From assembly GCA_038321865.1 (NCBI GenBank), contig JBBQFH010000008.1, positions 50,517-114,516 on the forward strand: 64,000 nucleotides of DNA, read 5' to 3'. This DNA is from Gemmatimonadales bacterium (GTDB taxonomy: Bacteria; Gemmatimonadota; Gemmatimonadetes; Gemmatimonadales; GWC2-71-9). A program made the translations under genes and the position numbers. This document shows positions 45,080 through 56,133 of the stretch, one piece after another. The notes beneath the pieces are model-generated. The model did no database searches. It saw nothing but the letters and a program-made list of their open reading frames with translations, and was not told the origin of the DNA. Position 1 is the first letter of the stretch, and each line of letters opens with the position of its first letter.

Positions 45080-45761
45080 CGCCGCGGAGCAGCGGCTGCA
45101 GGACGCGCCACACGTTGTCGGCGAGGATGCGCTGCCCGACGGCGGTCGGATGCATGCCGTCCGGCTGGTTGAGCGAGTCGATTCCCGCCACGTGCGCCAG
45201 CAGGAACGGAATCAGGACCGCCCCGTTGGCCGCCGCCAGCTCGGGAAAGACCACGCGGAATCGCCGGGTGTATTCGATGCCGTAATTGGGTGGCGCCTCT
45301 ATCCCGACGATGACGATGCGGGGCGGCGGCGCCTGGGCGCGCGCGCGGTCGATGATCGCCTGAATGTTGCCGCGCATCGCGGCCACGTCGAGCCCTCGAA
45401 GCCCGTCGTTGGCGCCGGTCTCGATCACCAGCACGGCAACCGGCCGGCTCATGATCCAGTCGATGCTGCGGCGGGAGTCGGCCGAGGTCGCCCCGCTCAC
45501 GCCGGCGTTGACGACCTCGTACCCGAGGCCTGCGGCGTCCACCCGGCGCTGAATCAGGGCCGGGTACGCGTCCGACTGATCCGGAAGGCCGTACCCGGCG
45601 GTCAGGCTGGTGCCCAGGAACACAATGCGGGGACGCGCCGGGGCTGCTCGCGGTACGGCCGCCGTGTCGGCTCGTGACAGGGCGCCCGCCTGATCCCGGC
45701 CTCCACAGGCGGCGACGACGAGCGACAGCAGGGCGGCAACGGTGCGGGGCGTGGGTATCAT
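45072..45761 (-). CDS. tesA: SGNH arylesterase/thioesterase lipoprotein (TesA-like)
   Basis: Lipobox VAAC, GTSLTAGYG (GDSL variant), NAGVSG, GANDGLRG and DGMHP; divergent from a ybbAP-like ABC pair. Confidence 0.88.
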   Translation of the reverse strand: MIPTPRTVAALLSLVVAACGGRDQAGALSRADTAAVPRAAPARPRIVFLGTSLTAGYGLPDQSDAYPALIQRRVDAAGLGYEVVNAGVSGATSADSRRSIDWIMSRPVAVLVIETGANDGLRGLDVAAMRGNIQAIIDRARAQAPPPRIVIVGIEAPPNYGIEYTRRFRVVFPELAAANGAVLIPFLLAHVAGIDSLNQPDGMHPTAVGQRILADNVWRVLQPLLRGVS

Positions 45762-45803
45762 TGAGGCGATGGGCTCGGCTGTCGTACTCTTTCGGGGACC
45801 GGA

Positions 45804-46472
45804 ATGCTCCGCTGCGAATCACTCACCAAGACGTATCCATCCGGTGGGCGCGACCTCACCGTCGTGAAGGATATCAGCTTCAGCCTCGAACCGGGGGGCT
45901 TCCTCGCGATCGTCGGGCCTTCCGGCAGCGGCAAGACCACACTGCTCGGCCTGCTCGCAGGCCTGGACCGCCCGACGTCCGGCTCGGTCTATCTCGACGG
46001 CGAATCACTCGACCGGCTCGACGAGGATGCGCGCGCGCGCCTGCGCGGCGAGAAGGTCGGCTTCGTCTTTCAGTCCTTCCAGCTGATTCCGACGCTCACG
46101 GCACTGGAGAACGTGCAGGTGCCGCTGGAGCTGCGCGGGATGGAAGCGGGTCCGCGTGCCACCGAGTTGCTCGCCCGCGTGGGACTGGGCGGCCGCGAGC
46201 ATCACTATCCGGCCCAGTTGTCCGGCGGCGAGCAGCAGCGCGTCGCGCTCGCCCGGGCGTTCAGCAATCGCCCGCGGGTCCTGTTTGCCGACGAGCCGAC
46301 CGGCAACCTCGACGCTCGCACCGGCGCGACCGTCGTGGATCTGATGGTCGAGCTGAACCGGGACCTGGGCACGACGCTCGTTCTCGTGACCCACGACCAG
46401 GACATCGCCGCTCGTGCCCGCCGGACGATTCGGCTGGCGGATGGCGTCATCGTAGCCGACAGCGCCGCGTGA
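45804..46472 (+). CDS. ybbA: ABC transporter ATP-binding protein (YbbA-like)
   Basis: GPSGSGKT, FVFQSFQLIP, LSGGEQQRV, ADEPTGNLD and VTHD. Confidence 0.92.
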   Translation: MLRCESLTKTYPSGGRDLTVVKDISFSLEPGGFLAIVGPSGSGKTTLLGLLAGLDRPTSGSVYLDGESLDRLDEDARARLRGEKVGFVFQSFQLIPTLTALENVQVPLELRGMEAGPRATELLARVGLGGREHHYPAQLSGGEQQRVALARAFSNRPRVLFADEPTGNLDARTGATVVDLMVELNRDLGTTLVLVTHDQDIAARARRTIRLADGVIVADSAA

Positions 46473-49021
46473 CCGCCGGCTTCGTCTGGCGGATGGCGTG
46501 GCGGGAAGGGCGCGCCGCGGCCCGCCGGCTGCTCCTGCTCACGGCGTCCGTCACGGCCGGGGTGGCGGCACTGGTCGCCATCAACTCCTTTACCGACAAC
46601 CTGCGTCTCTCCGTTCGCGAGCAGGCACGCTCGCTGCTCGGCGCCGATCTTTCGCTCTCCAGCCAGCAGCCGTTCAACCCGGGCGTCGAGGCACTGATCG
46701 ACACGCTGGGCGAAGCGGGCGTGGCCCGGGTCACCACATTCGGTGCGATGGCGTACACGCCATCGGGTGCAGGCGCGCGGCTGGTGCAGGTTTCCGCGCT
46801 GGACGGCTCATTCCCCTTCTATGGCGAGGTCGTCACTGCGCCCGCCGAGGCCTGGCGCGAGCTGCAGCAGGGCCGGCGGGTCATCGTGGACCCTTCCCTT
46901 CTCGGCGCCCTGGGTGCGCATGTCGGTGATTCGCTCGCGTTGGGCGAGTCGCGTTTCGCCATCGCCGGCACCATGACCCGGATGCCCGGCGACGTGGGCA
47001 TGCGCTCGGCCCTGGGGCCACGGGTATTCATTCCCGGCCGCTACACCGCGGCGACCAGGCTGCTCGCATTCGGCGCGCGGGTACAGCGCGAGGCATTCAT
47101 CCGCCTTCCGCCCGGGAGGGCGGCCCAGCCGATCGCGGATCGCTACCGCGCCACGCTCCGCGCGCAGAGCGTGCGGATCCGGACCGTCGGCGAGGACCAG
47201 CAGAATCTCGATAACGCCCTCCAGCGCCTGGGCAACTATCTGGGGCTGGTGGCGCTGATCGCGCTGCTGCTCGGCGGCCTCGGCGTGGCGAGCGCCACCC
47301 ACGTGTTCATCCGGCAGAAGACCGAAACGATCGCCGTGATTCGCTGCCTCGGCGCCACCGCCGGCGATGTGTTCGCCATTTACGTCGCCCAGGCCGCCGC
47401 CATGGGGGTGCTCGGCAGCGTCGCCGGCGCGGCTATCGGCGTCGCCATTCAGCAGGCGCTCCCGCACGTGCTGGCCTCGCTGCTGCCGGTGGACATTTCA
47501 ACCAGCCCGTCATGGACGGCGATCGCGGTCGGCATCGGCACCGGGCTCTGGGTCGCCATCGCCTTCGCCCTGCTGCCCCTGCTCACCGCCCGCCGGGTTC
47601 CGCCGCTCGCCGCACTGCGACAGGCGTACGAATCCGGCGCGGCCGCCCGTGAGCCGTGGAGGATCCCGGCGTTCGTGCTGCTCGCCGCGAGCGTACTCGG
47701 GCTGTCGGTGCTGCAGGCCGGCGGCTGGCGAGCCGGCACCGGCTTCGCCGCCGGCATCGGCCTCGCGATCGCGCTGCTCTGGGCCGCCGCGCTGCTGCTG
47801 ATCCGAAGCGTCCGCCGCTGGCTGCCGGGCCGCTGGCCCTACGTCTGGCGCCAGGGGCTGGCCAATCTGCACCGGCCCGCCAATCAGACGATGGCCGTCG
47901 TGCTGTCCCTCGGGTTCGGCGCTTTCCTGCTCGCGACGCTGTTTCTCGCCCAGTACAACCTGCTCGAGGAGTTGCGGATCACCGGCGGGCCCGGACGGCC
48001 CAACCTGGTCTTCTTCGACATTCAGCCCGAGCAGATCGAAGGAGTCGCGCGAGAACTCCGCACCCGCGGGTACCCAGTCAGCAGCCCGGTGCCCATCGTC
48101 CCGATGCGCATCCAGTCGGTGAAGGGGCGCCCGGTCGCCGAGGTCGTTGCGGACACGATGCGGCGGAATCGCTCCCGCGGACGCGGCGGCGGCGGGGGCT
48201 GGGCACTCAGGCGGGAATACCGGTCGACGTACCGGGACACGACCGTCGCATCCGAGAAACTGGTTGCCGGGCGCTGGTGGCCGGTGACGCGCGCGCCGTC
48301 CGCCCCGGTGCCGGTATCCATGGAGATGGATGTCGCCGCCGACCTCGGCGTCCGGCTCGGTGACGAGATCGTGTGGGATGTGCAGGGGACGCCCGTCACG
48401 AGCAGAATCGTGAACCTGCGCGACGTGGACTGGGCGCGCTTCGAGCCCAACTTCTTCGCGGTGTTCGCGTCGGGCGCGCTGGAGTCGGCGCCCCAGACGC
48501 TCGTCGTCCTGACACGGACGCCCGACGCTGCGGCCCGCGGCCGCCTGCAGCGCCAGCTGGCCGAGCGGTTTCCCAACGTGACGTCGTTCGACCTCGCGAT
48601 CGTCCAGGAAGCCGTGGAGCGGCTGGTGAGCCGAGTGGTGCTCGCCATCCGCTTCATGGCGCTGTTCAGCCTCACCACCGGCGCGGTGGTGCTCGCAGGC
48701 GCCGTCAGCACCAGCCGCTATCAGCGCATGCGTGAGAGTGCCCTGCTCAAGACCCTGGGCGCCAGCCGGCGGCAGGTGATCCAGGTGGTGCTGGCCGAGT
48801 ACGTCGCCCTGGGCGTCCTGTCGGCGGTGGCGGCACTCATGCTCGCCATCGCCGCGGGCTGGGCACTGTCGCGCCTTCTCTTTGACCTGCCGTTCCGGCT
48901 GCCGCTCGGCGCGGTGGCGGGGCTGGTCGGCGGCATGGCGGTGCTCGCGGTGGTGATCGGCGTGTGGGGCAGCATCGACGTGGTGCGGCGCACGCCGCTC
49001 GAGGCGCTCCGCGGGTCATAG
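46469..49021 (+). CDS. ybbP: ABC transporter permease (YbbP/FtsX-like)
   Basis: [37 protein letters not shown] and LKTLGA; GTGA-coupled to the ATPase. Confidence 0.88.
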   Translation: MTAGFVWRMAWREGRAAARRLLLLTASVTAGVAALVAINSFTDNLRLSVREQARSLLGADLSLSSQQPFNPGVEALIDTLGEAGVARVTTFGAMAYTPSGAGARLVQVSALDGSFPFYGEVVTAPAEAWRELQQGRRVIVDPSLLGALGAHVGDSLALGESRFAIAGTMTRMPGDVGMRSALGPRVFIPGRYTAATRLLAFGARVQREAFIRLPPGRAAQPIADRYRATLRAQSVRIRTVGEDQQNLDNALQRLGNYLGLVALIALLLGGLGVASATHVFIRQKTETIAVIRCLGATAGDVFAIYVAQAAAMGVLGSVAGAAIGVAIQQALPHVLASLLPVDISTSPSWTAIAVGIGTGLWVAIAFALLPLLTARRVPPLAALRQAYESGAAAREPWRIPAFVLLAASVLGLSVLQAGGWRAGTGFAAGIGLAIALLWAAALLLIRSVRRWLPGRWPYVWRQGLANLHRPANQTMAVVLSLGFGAFLLATLFLAQYNLLEELRITGGPGRPNLVFFDIQPEQIEGVARELRTRGYPVSSPVPIVPMRIQSVKGRPVAEVVADTMRRNRSRGRGGGGGWALRREYRSTYRDTTVASEKLVAGRWWPVTRAPSAPVPVSMEMDVAADLGVRLGDEIVWDVQGTPVTSRIVNLRDVDWARFEPNFFAVFASGALESAPQTLVVLTRTPDAAARGRLQRQLAERFPNVTSFDLAIVQEAVERLVSRVVLAIRFMALFSLTTGAVVLAGAVSTSRYQRMRESALLKTLGASRRQVIQVVLAEYVALGVLSAVAALMLAIAAGWALSRLLFDLPFRLPLGAVAGLVGGMAVLAVVIGVWGSIDVVRRTPLEALRGS

Positions 49022-49082
49022 CGGGGTGCCCGATGCGCGGATACCTTGCAGCTTCCCTTCCGACGGTCCAGGAGTCTTGCCG

Positions 49083-49994
49083 ATGCTGGCTATTGATCTC
49101 ACCGGTAAGCGCGCGCTCATCGCCGGCGTCTCGGACGACGGGGGATTCGGCTTCGCCATCGCACGTTCGCTCGCCGAGGCCGGGGCCACGATCTGCATCG
49201 GCAGCTGGCCGCCGGCGCTCGGGATCTTCACGAAGCTGCTCGAGCGGGGCAAGATCGTGGACTCCATGCAGCTGACCGGCGGACGTCAGCTCGAGTTCGA
49301 GCGTATCTACCCGCTCGATGCGGCGTTCGACACGATGGACGACGTGCCGGCGGAGATCCGCGACAACAAGCGGTATCGCGACCAGGGTGACTTCACGATT
49401 CGGGGCATGGTTGACCGCGTGCGGAACGACTTCGGGGCCGCCGGCCTCGACATCGTGGTGCACAGTCTTGCCAATGGACCCGAGGTGCGGAAGCCGCTGG
49501 TGGACACCAGCCGCCGCGGGTATCTCGAGGCGGTGAGCGTCAGTGCCTACAGCAACGTCGCCATGGTGCGGGAGCTGAGTCCGATGATGCGGCCGGGCGG
49601 CTCGTTCGTCTCGCTCACGTACATGGCGGGTGAGCGGGTGATCCCCGGCTACGGGGGCGGCATGTCCTCCGCCAAGGCCGCACTGGAAGCCGACACGCGG
49701 ACCCTCGCCTACGAGGCGGGGCGGCGCTGGGGCGTCCGGATCAACACGATCAGCGCCGGCCCCTACGCGTCCCGCGCCGCCAGCGCGATCGGCTTTATTG
49801 ATACGATGATCAACTACTCCGCGGCGAATTCTCCGCTGCCCCGCTCGCTGGAGGCCGAGGAGGTGGGCAATACCGCCGCCTTCCTGTGCAGCCCGCTGGC
49901 CAAAGGCATTACCGGCACCACCGTCTACGTGGACAACGGCTTCCACGCGATGGGCATGGCCGTGCTCGATCAGCCCACCTCCGACCGGAGCTAG
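49083..49994 (+). CDS. fabI: Enoyl-ACP reductase (NADH), plastid/chlamydial-type FabI
   Basis: [48 protein letters not shown] and NTISAGP..SRAA. Confidence 0.92.
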   Translation: MLAIDLTGKRALIAGVSDDGGFGFAIARSLAEAGATICIGSWPPALGIFTKLLERGKIVDSMQLTGGRQLEFERIYPLDAAFDTMDDVPAEIRDNKRYRDQGDFTIRGMVDRVRNDFGAAGLDIVVHSLANGPEVRKPLVDTSRRGYLEAVSVSAYSNVAMVRELSPMMRPGGSFVSLTYMAGERVIPGYGGGMSSAKAALEADTRTLAYEAGRRWGVRINTISAGPYASRAASAIGFIDTMINYSAANSPLPRSLEAEEVGNTAAFLCSPLAKGITGTTVYVDNGFHAMGMAVLDQPTSDRS

Positions 49995-49997
49995 CGC

Positions 49998-50708
49998 ATG
50001 TTCATCGGGCATTATGGAGTGGCCTTCGCGCTCAAGCGGGCGGAGCCGCGCGTGTCGCTCGGCACGCTGTTCATCGCGGTCCAGCTGGTGGACATCCTGT
50101 GGGGCGGGACCCTGCTGCTCGGCTGGGAGCACGCCCGCGTGGTGCCGGGGTACATGCCGGCGTCGGCGCTGGAGTTTCTCGACTACCCGATCACCCACAG
50201 CCTGCTGGCCGTGGTCTGCTGGGGGGCCGCGGCGGCGCTGCTCTATTTCTCGTGGCCGACGCGCAACGTCACCCACCACTGGCGGGCGGCGTTGATCGTC
50301 GGACTTGCCGTCCTCTCGCACTGGCCGCTCGATCTGCTCATGCATGCGCGCGACCTGCCGCTCGCCGGTAACGACTCGGCCAGGTTCGGCCTGGGTCTCT
50401 GGCGGAGCGTACCCGCGACCCTCGCGATCGAGATCGCAATTCTCGCCGCCGGCGCCACGCTCTATGCGACGCTGCGCTCCCGTCGTCACCCGCTGCGTCC
50501 GGTGCCCTTTGCGGTGCTCCTGGGTGTGCTGCTGGTGACCTTCGTCTCGTCGATGTTCTCGGCACCGCCGGCGAATATGCGCTACATCGGCGTCGGCGCG
50601 ATCGCCGTCGGCGTGCTGATGGCTGCGCTGGCCTGGTGGGTTGACCGCCCCGCGGCCGAGGTTCCGACGGAGCATCGGCACCCGGTCAAGGCCAGGCATG
50701 CCGCCTGA
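49998..50708 (+). CDS. Membrane-bound metal-dependent hydrolase-like protein
   Basis: MFIGH, DILW, THSL and SHWPLDLLMH; several TMs. Confidence 0.8.
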   Translation: MFIGHYGVAFALKRAEPRVSLGTLFIAVQLVDILWGGTLLLGWEHARVVPGYMPASALEFLDYPITHSLLAVVCWGAAAALLYFSWPTRNVTHHWRAALIVGLAVLSHWPLDLLMHARDLPLAGNDSARFGLGLWRSVPATLAIEIAILAAGATLYATLRSRRHPLRPVPFAVLLGVLLVTFVSSMFSAPPANMRYIGVGAIAVGVLMAALAWWVDRPAAEVPTEHRHPVKARHAA

Positions 50709-50709
50709 G

Positions 50710-51108
50710 GTGGAGCGGAGCGTTTTTGCCGCCGGCGCGCTGTCGGCGCTGCTTGCGGTCGCCGCGGGCGCGTTCGGTGCCCATGCGCTCCGCGGCCGCC
50801 TGAGCCCCGAGTCGATCGCCATCTTCGAGACAGCGGCGCGATATCAGATGTACCACGCGCTGGGCCTCCTGGCGGTGGCCTGGGCCATTATGCAGTGGCC
50901 CGGCGGGCGGAGTGCCGTCCGGGCCGGCTGGGCCTTCGCGGCAGGCACGGTGATCTTCTGTGGCAGCCTCTACGCGCTCGCACTGACCGGCCTGAGCTGG
51001 CTCGGCGCCGTCACGCCGATCGGCGGAGTCGCGTTCATGGCGGGCTGGGTCTTCCTCGCGCTCGCCGCGCGGAAAACGGACCGAATCCATCCCGCTGCAG
51101 CATCCTGA
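50710..51108 (+). CDS. DUF423 (YgdD/TMEM256) membrane protein
   Basis: GAFGAHAL, FETAARYQMYHAL, IFCGSLY and GAVTPIGG. Alternative ATG at 50698. Confidence 0.92.
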   Translation: MERSVFAAGALSALLAVAAGAFGAHALRGRLSPESIAIFETAARYQMYHALGLLAVAWAIMQWPGGRSAVRAGWAFAAGTVIFCGSLYALALTGLSWLGAVTPIGGVAFMAGWVFLALAARKTDRIHPAAAS

Positions 51109-52378
51109 TCCGCTCGGCCAGGCGCACGCCGTCTCCTCGCGCGACCGGAACCCCGTACCGCACTCCCATCGAGTCAGCCGGCAGCCGCCCGTTCAGGTCC
51201 GCGGCAAATGACGCCATCATTCGTGCGTAACCCGCCCGGTGGGCGCGCGCGGCCCGCAGGTGATCGGGCGTTCGAAGCAGCATGAGCCCGAGCAGGGCGG
51301 TCTCGCAAAGCATCGCCACCAGCGGTGGGGCATAGAGTTCCCAGGCGAAGTACACCGCCGCGAAGAGCGGAACGGCCAGCAGCCTGCCCCCGACCGGTAT
51401 GCCGGCGTCGCCTCCCCGCCACACCGTGCTCCACCCCATCGCGAGTACCGCCAGCATGGCGCCGACGCCGAAGCAGATCATGCCGAAGGCGCGGTATCGC
51501 TCGACCCCGCCCACCCTGATGTATCCGCGGATGAGGACGACCGCGCTGGCCAGCAGCAGTCCACCGAGTACCGGCACGATCGGCCCGTCGGCGCCGAGCG
51601 CGGAGTGTGCCAGCGCCGTGAGGCTGGTCGTCGATGCGGCCCCGAACGCCGCCGCGTCGAACCGGGCGAAGTACACCAGCGAGATCGTCAGCACCAGGAG
51701 CGCGACCAGCAGGAGCCCGGGCCCGGTCTCGAGCGGGACGTCGGGCTCGCGCGGCGGCCAGTGCCGCCGCCCACAGGCGGCGATCCATGGCACCGCGCTG
51801 AGCGCCAGCACGGCGCCGGCAGTTCCGCACAGCGGCAGCATGACCAGCATCAGGCCCGCGGCGACACCCCAGCCTCGCCGGCGGAGGGTCGGATCGCTGA
51901 CGATCGCGACCAGCAGCATCGCTCCCAGCGCACTCGTGAGGGCGGGCTCCAGTGCGCGGCTCCAGCCGAGCAGTATCCAGTGGGCCGGTCCGAGCATCAG
52001 CAGCGCGAGGAAGGCGTCGGCGATGCGGGCACGGCCACCTCGCAGCCGGCGCAGGCTCAGCAGGAGGGCGGCCGCCGCGATCCCGGTGGCCACGGCGGCG
52101 AGCACCCCGCCAGCCCTGAAGTCCCTGGCCAGCGCGACGACACCGCTGAGCACGAGCCGCGGCAACGGGGCACGGTTATCCAGTTCCTGGCTCCAGAGCC
52201 AGCCGCTGAAGTCGGCCGAGTTGCCGGTGACCGGTTCCACCAGGGACCAATCGGTGGCGAGCGGGATGTTGCGGCCGTACCGAAGCACCCCGAACAGGAT
52301 GACGAGCAGCAACGCAAGCCAGGTGCTCCACGCAGCGGCGTCGCCGGCGGAAATCGGCCCGCGGGTATGCGGGATCAC
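51035..52378 (-). CDS. Polytopic membrane protein, GT-C glycosyltransferase-like
   Basis: About 11 TMs; the first loop reads NIPLATDW...WLWSQELDNRAPLPRL. GTGA-coupled to ctaG. Confidence 0.6.
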   Translation of the reverse strand: MIPHTRGPISAGDAAAWSTWLALLLVILFGVLRYGRNIPLATDWSLVEPVTGNSADFSGWLWSQELDNRAPLPRLVLSGVVALARDFRAGGVLAAVATGIAAAALLLSLRRLRGGRARIADAFLALLMLGPAHWILLGWSRALEPALTSALGAMLLVAIVSDPTLRRRGWGVAAGLMLVMLPLCGTAGAVLALSAVPWIAACGRRHWPPREPDVPLETGPGLLLVALLVLTISLVYFARFDAAAFGAASTTSLTALAHSALGADGPIVPVLGGLLLASAVVLIRGYIRVGGVERYRAFGMICFGVGAMLAVLAMGWSTVWRGGDAGIPVGGRLLAVPLFAAVYFAWELYAPPLVAMLCETALLGLMLLRTPDHLRAARAHRAGYARMMASFAADLNGRLPADSMGVRYGVPVARGDGVRLAERIRMLQRDGFGPFSARRARGRPSPP

Positions 52379-53199
52379 CGTTCTTCTCTGGCCCATCGGA
52401 AAAAGATGATGGCGATCGCGCCGAACAGCCACAGGTTGCCCGGCACCCACATCAGCAGGCCACCGAACTTCTGGTCGTCCAGGGGCGAGAGGCCCCAGGT
52501 GCGCGGCGCCGTGACATACCACTGATAGAGCGGCGTGTCGGCCATGGCGATGATCGCCGCCACCAGCTGCATCGGGATGCTCACGAGGAACAGGTAGAGC
52601 ATCCGGACCGGAAGCGGCAGCGCCGGGAGCTCCGGCACCGTGCTCATCACCGGCCACCACATCAGCACCGCGGCGACGATGAACATGAGGTGCGTCAGGA
52701 TATGGACCTCGTGATCGCGCATCATGAGGTCGTAGAGCGGCACCGTGTGCCAGGCCAGCAGCACAGCCGTGAAGAGCCCCCCCGCCAGCAGCGGACGCGT
52801 CAGCAGCCGCAGGACGGGGCCGAGTCCGCGCCTCCGTGCCAGGGGCGACAGCAGCCATCCCGGCGTGCCGGCGATCAGCAGCGGGGGCAGCACCAGCGTG
52901 AGGAGCAGGTGCTGCGCCATGTGGATCAGGAAGAGATAGTAGTCACTGAGGTCGTGGATGGGGCCGTTGAGCGAGAGCAGAAGGACGCCCAGCCCCAGGC
53001 AGAAACACAGCACCTGCCACGGCCGGGCCGGCGGGCCGAGCGACCAGCGCCGGCGAGCGGAGCCGATCCCCCAAAAATAAAGGGCACCGAGGATCGCGGT
53101 GCCCAGGACGACGCTTGGATGCAGCGACCACTCCGCGACGAACGGCGTGGCTGGCCTCGGCCGCGCGTCGAGGAGCAGCGCGGGGAGCAGGGAGATCAA
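52375..53199 (-). CDS. ctaG: Cytochrome c oxidase assembly factor, caa3-type CtaG
   Basis: HMAQHLLL...PPLL, WH.V.LYD, WWPV and DDQKFGGLLMW; inside the cox operon. Confidence 0.9.
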   Translation of the reverse strand: MISLLPALLLDARPRPATPFVAEWSLHPSVVLGTAILGALYFWGIGSARRRWSLGPPARPWQVLCFCLGLGVLLLSLNGPIHDLSDYYLFLIHMAQHLLLTLVLPPLLIAGTPGWLLSPLARRRGLGPVLRLLTRPLLAGGLFTAVLLAWHTVPLYDLMMRDHEVHILTHLMFIVAAVLMWWPVMSTVPELPALPLPVRMLYLFLVSIPMQLVAAIIAMADTPLYQWYVTAPRTWGLSPLDDQKFGGLLMWVPGNLWLFGAIAIIFFRWAREER

Positions 53200-53570
53200 T
53201 GAATCATCTGCTGAAACGCATGGTGATAGCCGAACAGTACGATGAGCGCGACGATCACGACGGCCGCGATGATGAGCGGGAAGATGAAGACCCCGCTGAA
53301 CAGCTTGCTGTCCTGCTTGAGGTGCATGTAGTACATGGCGACGAGCGCGAACTTGAGCGCCGACAGCACCAGGAGGATCGGGACGATCACCGGATGCAGC
53401 ATCGCCCCGAACCCCAGCCCGACCGGCTCGGACGCGATGGAATAGACGGCGACTTCCAGGGCGGTCAGCGCGAACAGGATCAGGCCGATCTTGACGTACA
53501 CTCCGATACCGGGGTGTGCGTGCTCGTGCTCGGTGGTGGTCGCCGTCGCTGCCGTGCTCACGTCTGCCAT
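53196..53570 (-). CDS. ctaF: Cytochrome c oxidase subunit IV
   Basis: Three TMs, LTALEV and KFALVAMYYMHLK. Confidence 0.88.
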   Translation of the reverse strand: MADVSTAATATTTEHEHAHPGIGVYVKIGLILFALTALEVAVYSIASEPVGLGFGAMLHPVIVPILLVLSALKFALVAMYYMHLKQDSKLFSGVFIFPLIIAAVVIVALIVLFGYHHAFQQMIH

Positions 53571-53580
53571 GGTCCGTCCC

Positions 53581-54219
53581 TCACTTCATCAGGTAGACGA
53601 CGGGAAAGATGACAATCCACACCACGTCGACGAAGTGCCAGTAGAGCGCCGCCATCTCCAGGTTCAGCGCCTTCTCCTTCGGCAGCTGCCCGCGAAGCGC
53701 CAGGATGAAGATCGTGATCAGCCAGATGACGCCGATGGTCACGTGGGTGCCGTGAAAGCCGGTCAGCGTAAAAAAGCTGGCACCGAACATGTTGGTCTGG
53801 AGCTTAAGCCCCTCTCGCACGAAGTGGGTGAACTCGTACACCTGCATCCCCACGAAGAACATGCCGCACAGAATCGTGGCGCCGAGGCCGCCGAGCATCT
53901 GGGCCCGCTTGCCCCGCTGCGCGCCGTTGAGGCCGATCACCACGAAGAGCGAGCTGAACAGCAGCAGCGCCGTGCCGATCGTCACCAGCTTGATCTCGAG
54001 GATCGGCTCGAAATGCTGCCCGGTCGGCGAGGTCCACGCCTCGTGCGGAAACGGGCCGATGCCCCGCTGGAGCACCTTGGGACGGTACACGAGATAGGTC
54101 GAGATCAGCGACGCGAAGAACAGGCATTCGGACCCGATGAAGGTCCAGATCGCCAGCTTCCGGTTGTCGAGCCCGGTGGACGTCGGGTGTTCGAGCGCGT
54201 GGGCCGTGTCGTGCGACAA
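53581..54219 (-). CDS. ctaE: Cytochrome c oxidase subunit III
   Basis: WTFIGSECLFF, FFTLTGFHGTHV and YWHFVDVVW; TTG start after SD AGGAG. Confidence 0.93.
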   Translation of the reverse strand: MSHDTAHALEHPTSTGLDNRKLAIWTFIGSECLFFASLISTYLVYRPKVLQRGIGPFPHEAWTSPTGQHFEPILEIKLVTIGTALLLFSSLFVVIGLNGAQRGKRAQMLGGLGATILCGMFFVGMQVYEFTHFVREGLKLQTNMFGASFFTLTGFHGTHVTIGVIWLITIFILALRGQLPKEKALNLEMAALYWHFVDVVWIVIFPVVYLMK

Positions 54220-54239
54220 GGTGAATCTCCTCTGAAGGA

Positions 54240-56078
54240 CTACGCCGGCTCGAAGGCCCAGTTGTACACGCTGAAGAACAGCAGCGAGATCGCCGCGGCG
54301 ACGCCGATCGCCCCGGTCCGGTGCGACGTCATGAGCGACACGAACACCGCCACGACGCCTACGGCCGCGAGCGCCGGCCAGAACGACGGATTGGGCATGT
54401 GAATCCCCGCGCCGCTCACGTGCTGCGGCTCCGGCAGCGGCCCGCCATGCTCCCGCTTCAGCTCCCACAGCGGGTCTCGGCTATGCACCGTGGGCACCTC
54501 CGGGAAATTGAACTCCTGCGGCGGGGAGGGGATCGCCCATTCAAGGGTGGCGCCGTTCCACGGATCGGCCGGGGCGTTCGCCGGCTTGCGCCAGGTCTTC
54601 AGGACGTTGGCGATGAACACCAGGAAGGCGACCCCGAGGAGCAGGGCGCCGGCCGTTTCGATCTGGTTGTAGATGTCGAAGCCAAGGCCGGCCGGGTAGG
54701 TGTACACGCGGCGCGGCATCCCCAGCAGGCCGACGATGTGCATCGGGAAGAACGTGAGGTTGAAGCCGATCAGCATGAGCCAGAAATGGACCTTGCCCAG
54801 CGTCTCGTCGAGCAGCCGGCCGAACATCTTCGGCCACCAGTAGTACGCGCCTCCCGTCAGGGCGAAGATGCTGCCCCCGAACAGCACGTAGTGAAAGTGG
54901 GCCACGACGAAGTAGCTGTCGGTCTGCTGCAGGTCGGCCGGCGGCGACGCGTGCATGACGCCGGAGAGCCCGCCCATGATGAACATCGCGATGAAGCCGA
55001 CGGCGAAGTACATCGGGGTCCTGAACTGCACCGACCCGCCCCAGATGGTGCCGATCCAGTTGAAGATCTTGACGCCGGTCGGCACGGCGATAAGCATCGT
55101 CGTGAGTGAAAACACCGTGTCGGCGATCGGTCCCATCCCGGTCGAGAACATGTGGTGTGACCACACCCCGAAGCCGAGGAAGGCGATGAACGCGCCCGAG
55201 AATACCATCGCCGCATACCCGAACAGCGGCTTCCGGGAGAAGACCGGCAGGATCTCGGAGACGATGCCGAACGACGGCAGGATCAGGATGTAGACCTCGG
55301 GGTGGCCGAAGATCCAGAAGAGGTGCTGCCAGAGGAGCGGATCCCCGCCGCCGGACGGGACGAAGAAGTGGGTCCCGAAAAAGCGGTCGAACATCAGCAG
55401 GATCAGCGCGACCGTGATGACCGGGAACGCCAGCAGGATCAGGATCTGGGTGATGAAGCTCATCCACACGAACATCGGCATCCGCATCAGCTTCATGCCG
55501 GGCGCGCGAAGGTTCAGCACCGTCACGAAGAAGTTGACGCCCGCCGCCAGCGAGGCGATACCCAGGATCTGGAGGCCAAGCATCCAGAAGTCCACGTTCA
55601 GCCCCGGCGAGAACTGCTTCGACGTGAGGTTGGCGTAGCCGAACCAGCCCTGGTTGGGCGCCGCACCGAAGAGGAAGCTGGCGTTGAGGAAGAGCCCGCC
55701 GAGGAGGAAGACCCAGTAGCTGAACGCATTGAGCCGCGGGAACGCGACGTCGCGCGCGCCGATCAGCAGCGGAATGAAGAAGTTGAAGTACATCGCGCTG
55801 AGCGGCATCACGGCGAGGAAGATCATCGTCGTGCCGTGCATGGTGAAGAGCTGGTTGTAGAGCTCCGGCGAAAGGAAGGTGTTGTCCGGCCGGCCCAGCT
55901 GGATGCGCAGCAGCAGCGCCTCGATGCCGCCCAGGAGGAAGAACACGAAGGCGGTCGCACCGTAGAGAATCCCGATGCGCTTGTGGTCGACCGTCGTGAT
56001 CCAGCTCCACAGCCCCGTACTCGGGCCGTGTGATGCGGAGGCATGGGTGTGAGCGTGGTCCACTGCGCTGGTTGCCAT
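54240..56078 (-). CDS. ctaD: Cytochrome c oxidase subunit I (A1 type)
   Basis: DHKRIG, TMHGTTMIF, WIFGHPEVY, VWSHHMF, VAHFHY and GMPRR. Confidence 0.97.
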   Translation of the reverse strand: MATSAVDHAHTHASASHGPSTGLWSWITTVDHKRIGILYGATAFVFFLLGGIEALLLRIQLGRPDNTFLSPELYNQLFTMHGTTMIFLAVMPLSAMYFNFFIPLLIGARDVAFPRLNAFSYWVFLLGGLFLNASFLFGAAPNQGWFGYANLTSKQFSPGLNVDFWMLGLQILGIASLAAGVNFFVTVLNLRAPGMKLMRMPMFVWMSFITQILILLAFPVITVALILLMFDRFFGTHFFVPSGGGDPLLWQHLFWIFGHPEVYILILPSFGIVSEILPVFSRKPLFGYAAMVFSGAFIAFLGFGVWSHHMFSTGMGPIADTVFSLTTMLIAVPTGVKIFNWIGTIWGGSVQFRTPMYFAVGFIAMFIMGGLSGVMHASPPADLQQTDSYFVVAHFHYVLFGGSIFALTGGAYYWWPKMFGRLLDETLGKVHFWLMLIGFNLTFFPMHIVGLLGMPRRVYTYPAGLGFDIYNQIETAGALLLGVAFLVFIANVLKTWRKPANAPADPWNGATLEWAIPSPPQEFNFPEVPTVHSRDPLWELKREHGGPLPEPQHVSGAGIHMPNPSFWPALAAVGVVAVFVSLMTSHRTGAIGVAAAISLLFFSVYNWAFEPA

Positions 56079-56133
56079 ACGAGCCCTGTCGTGGTGAAGG
56101 TCTCGCGCGCCGGCGGGCGCGCGACGGGTCCCT

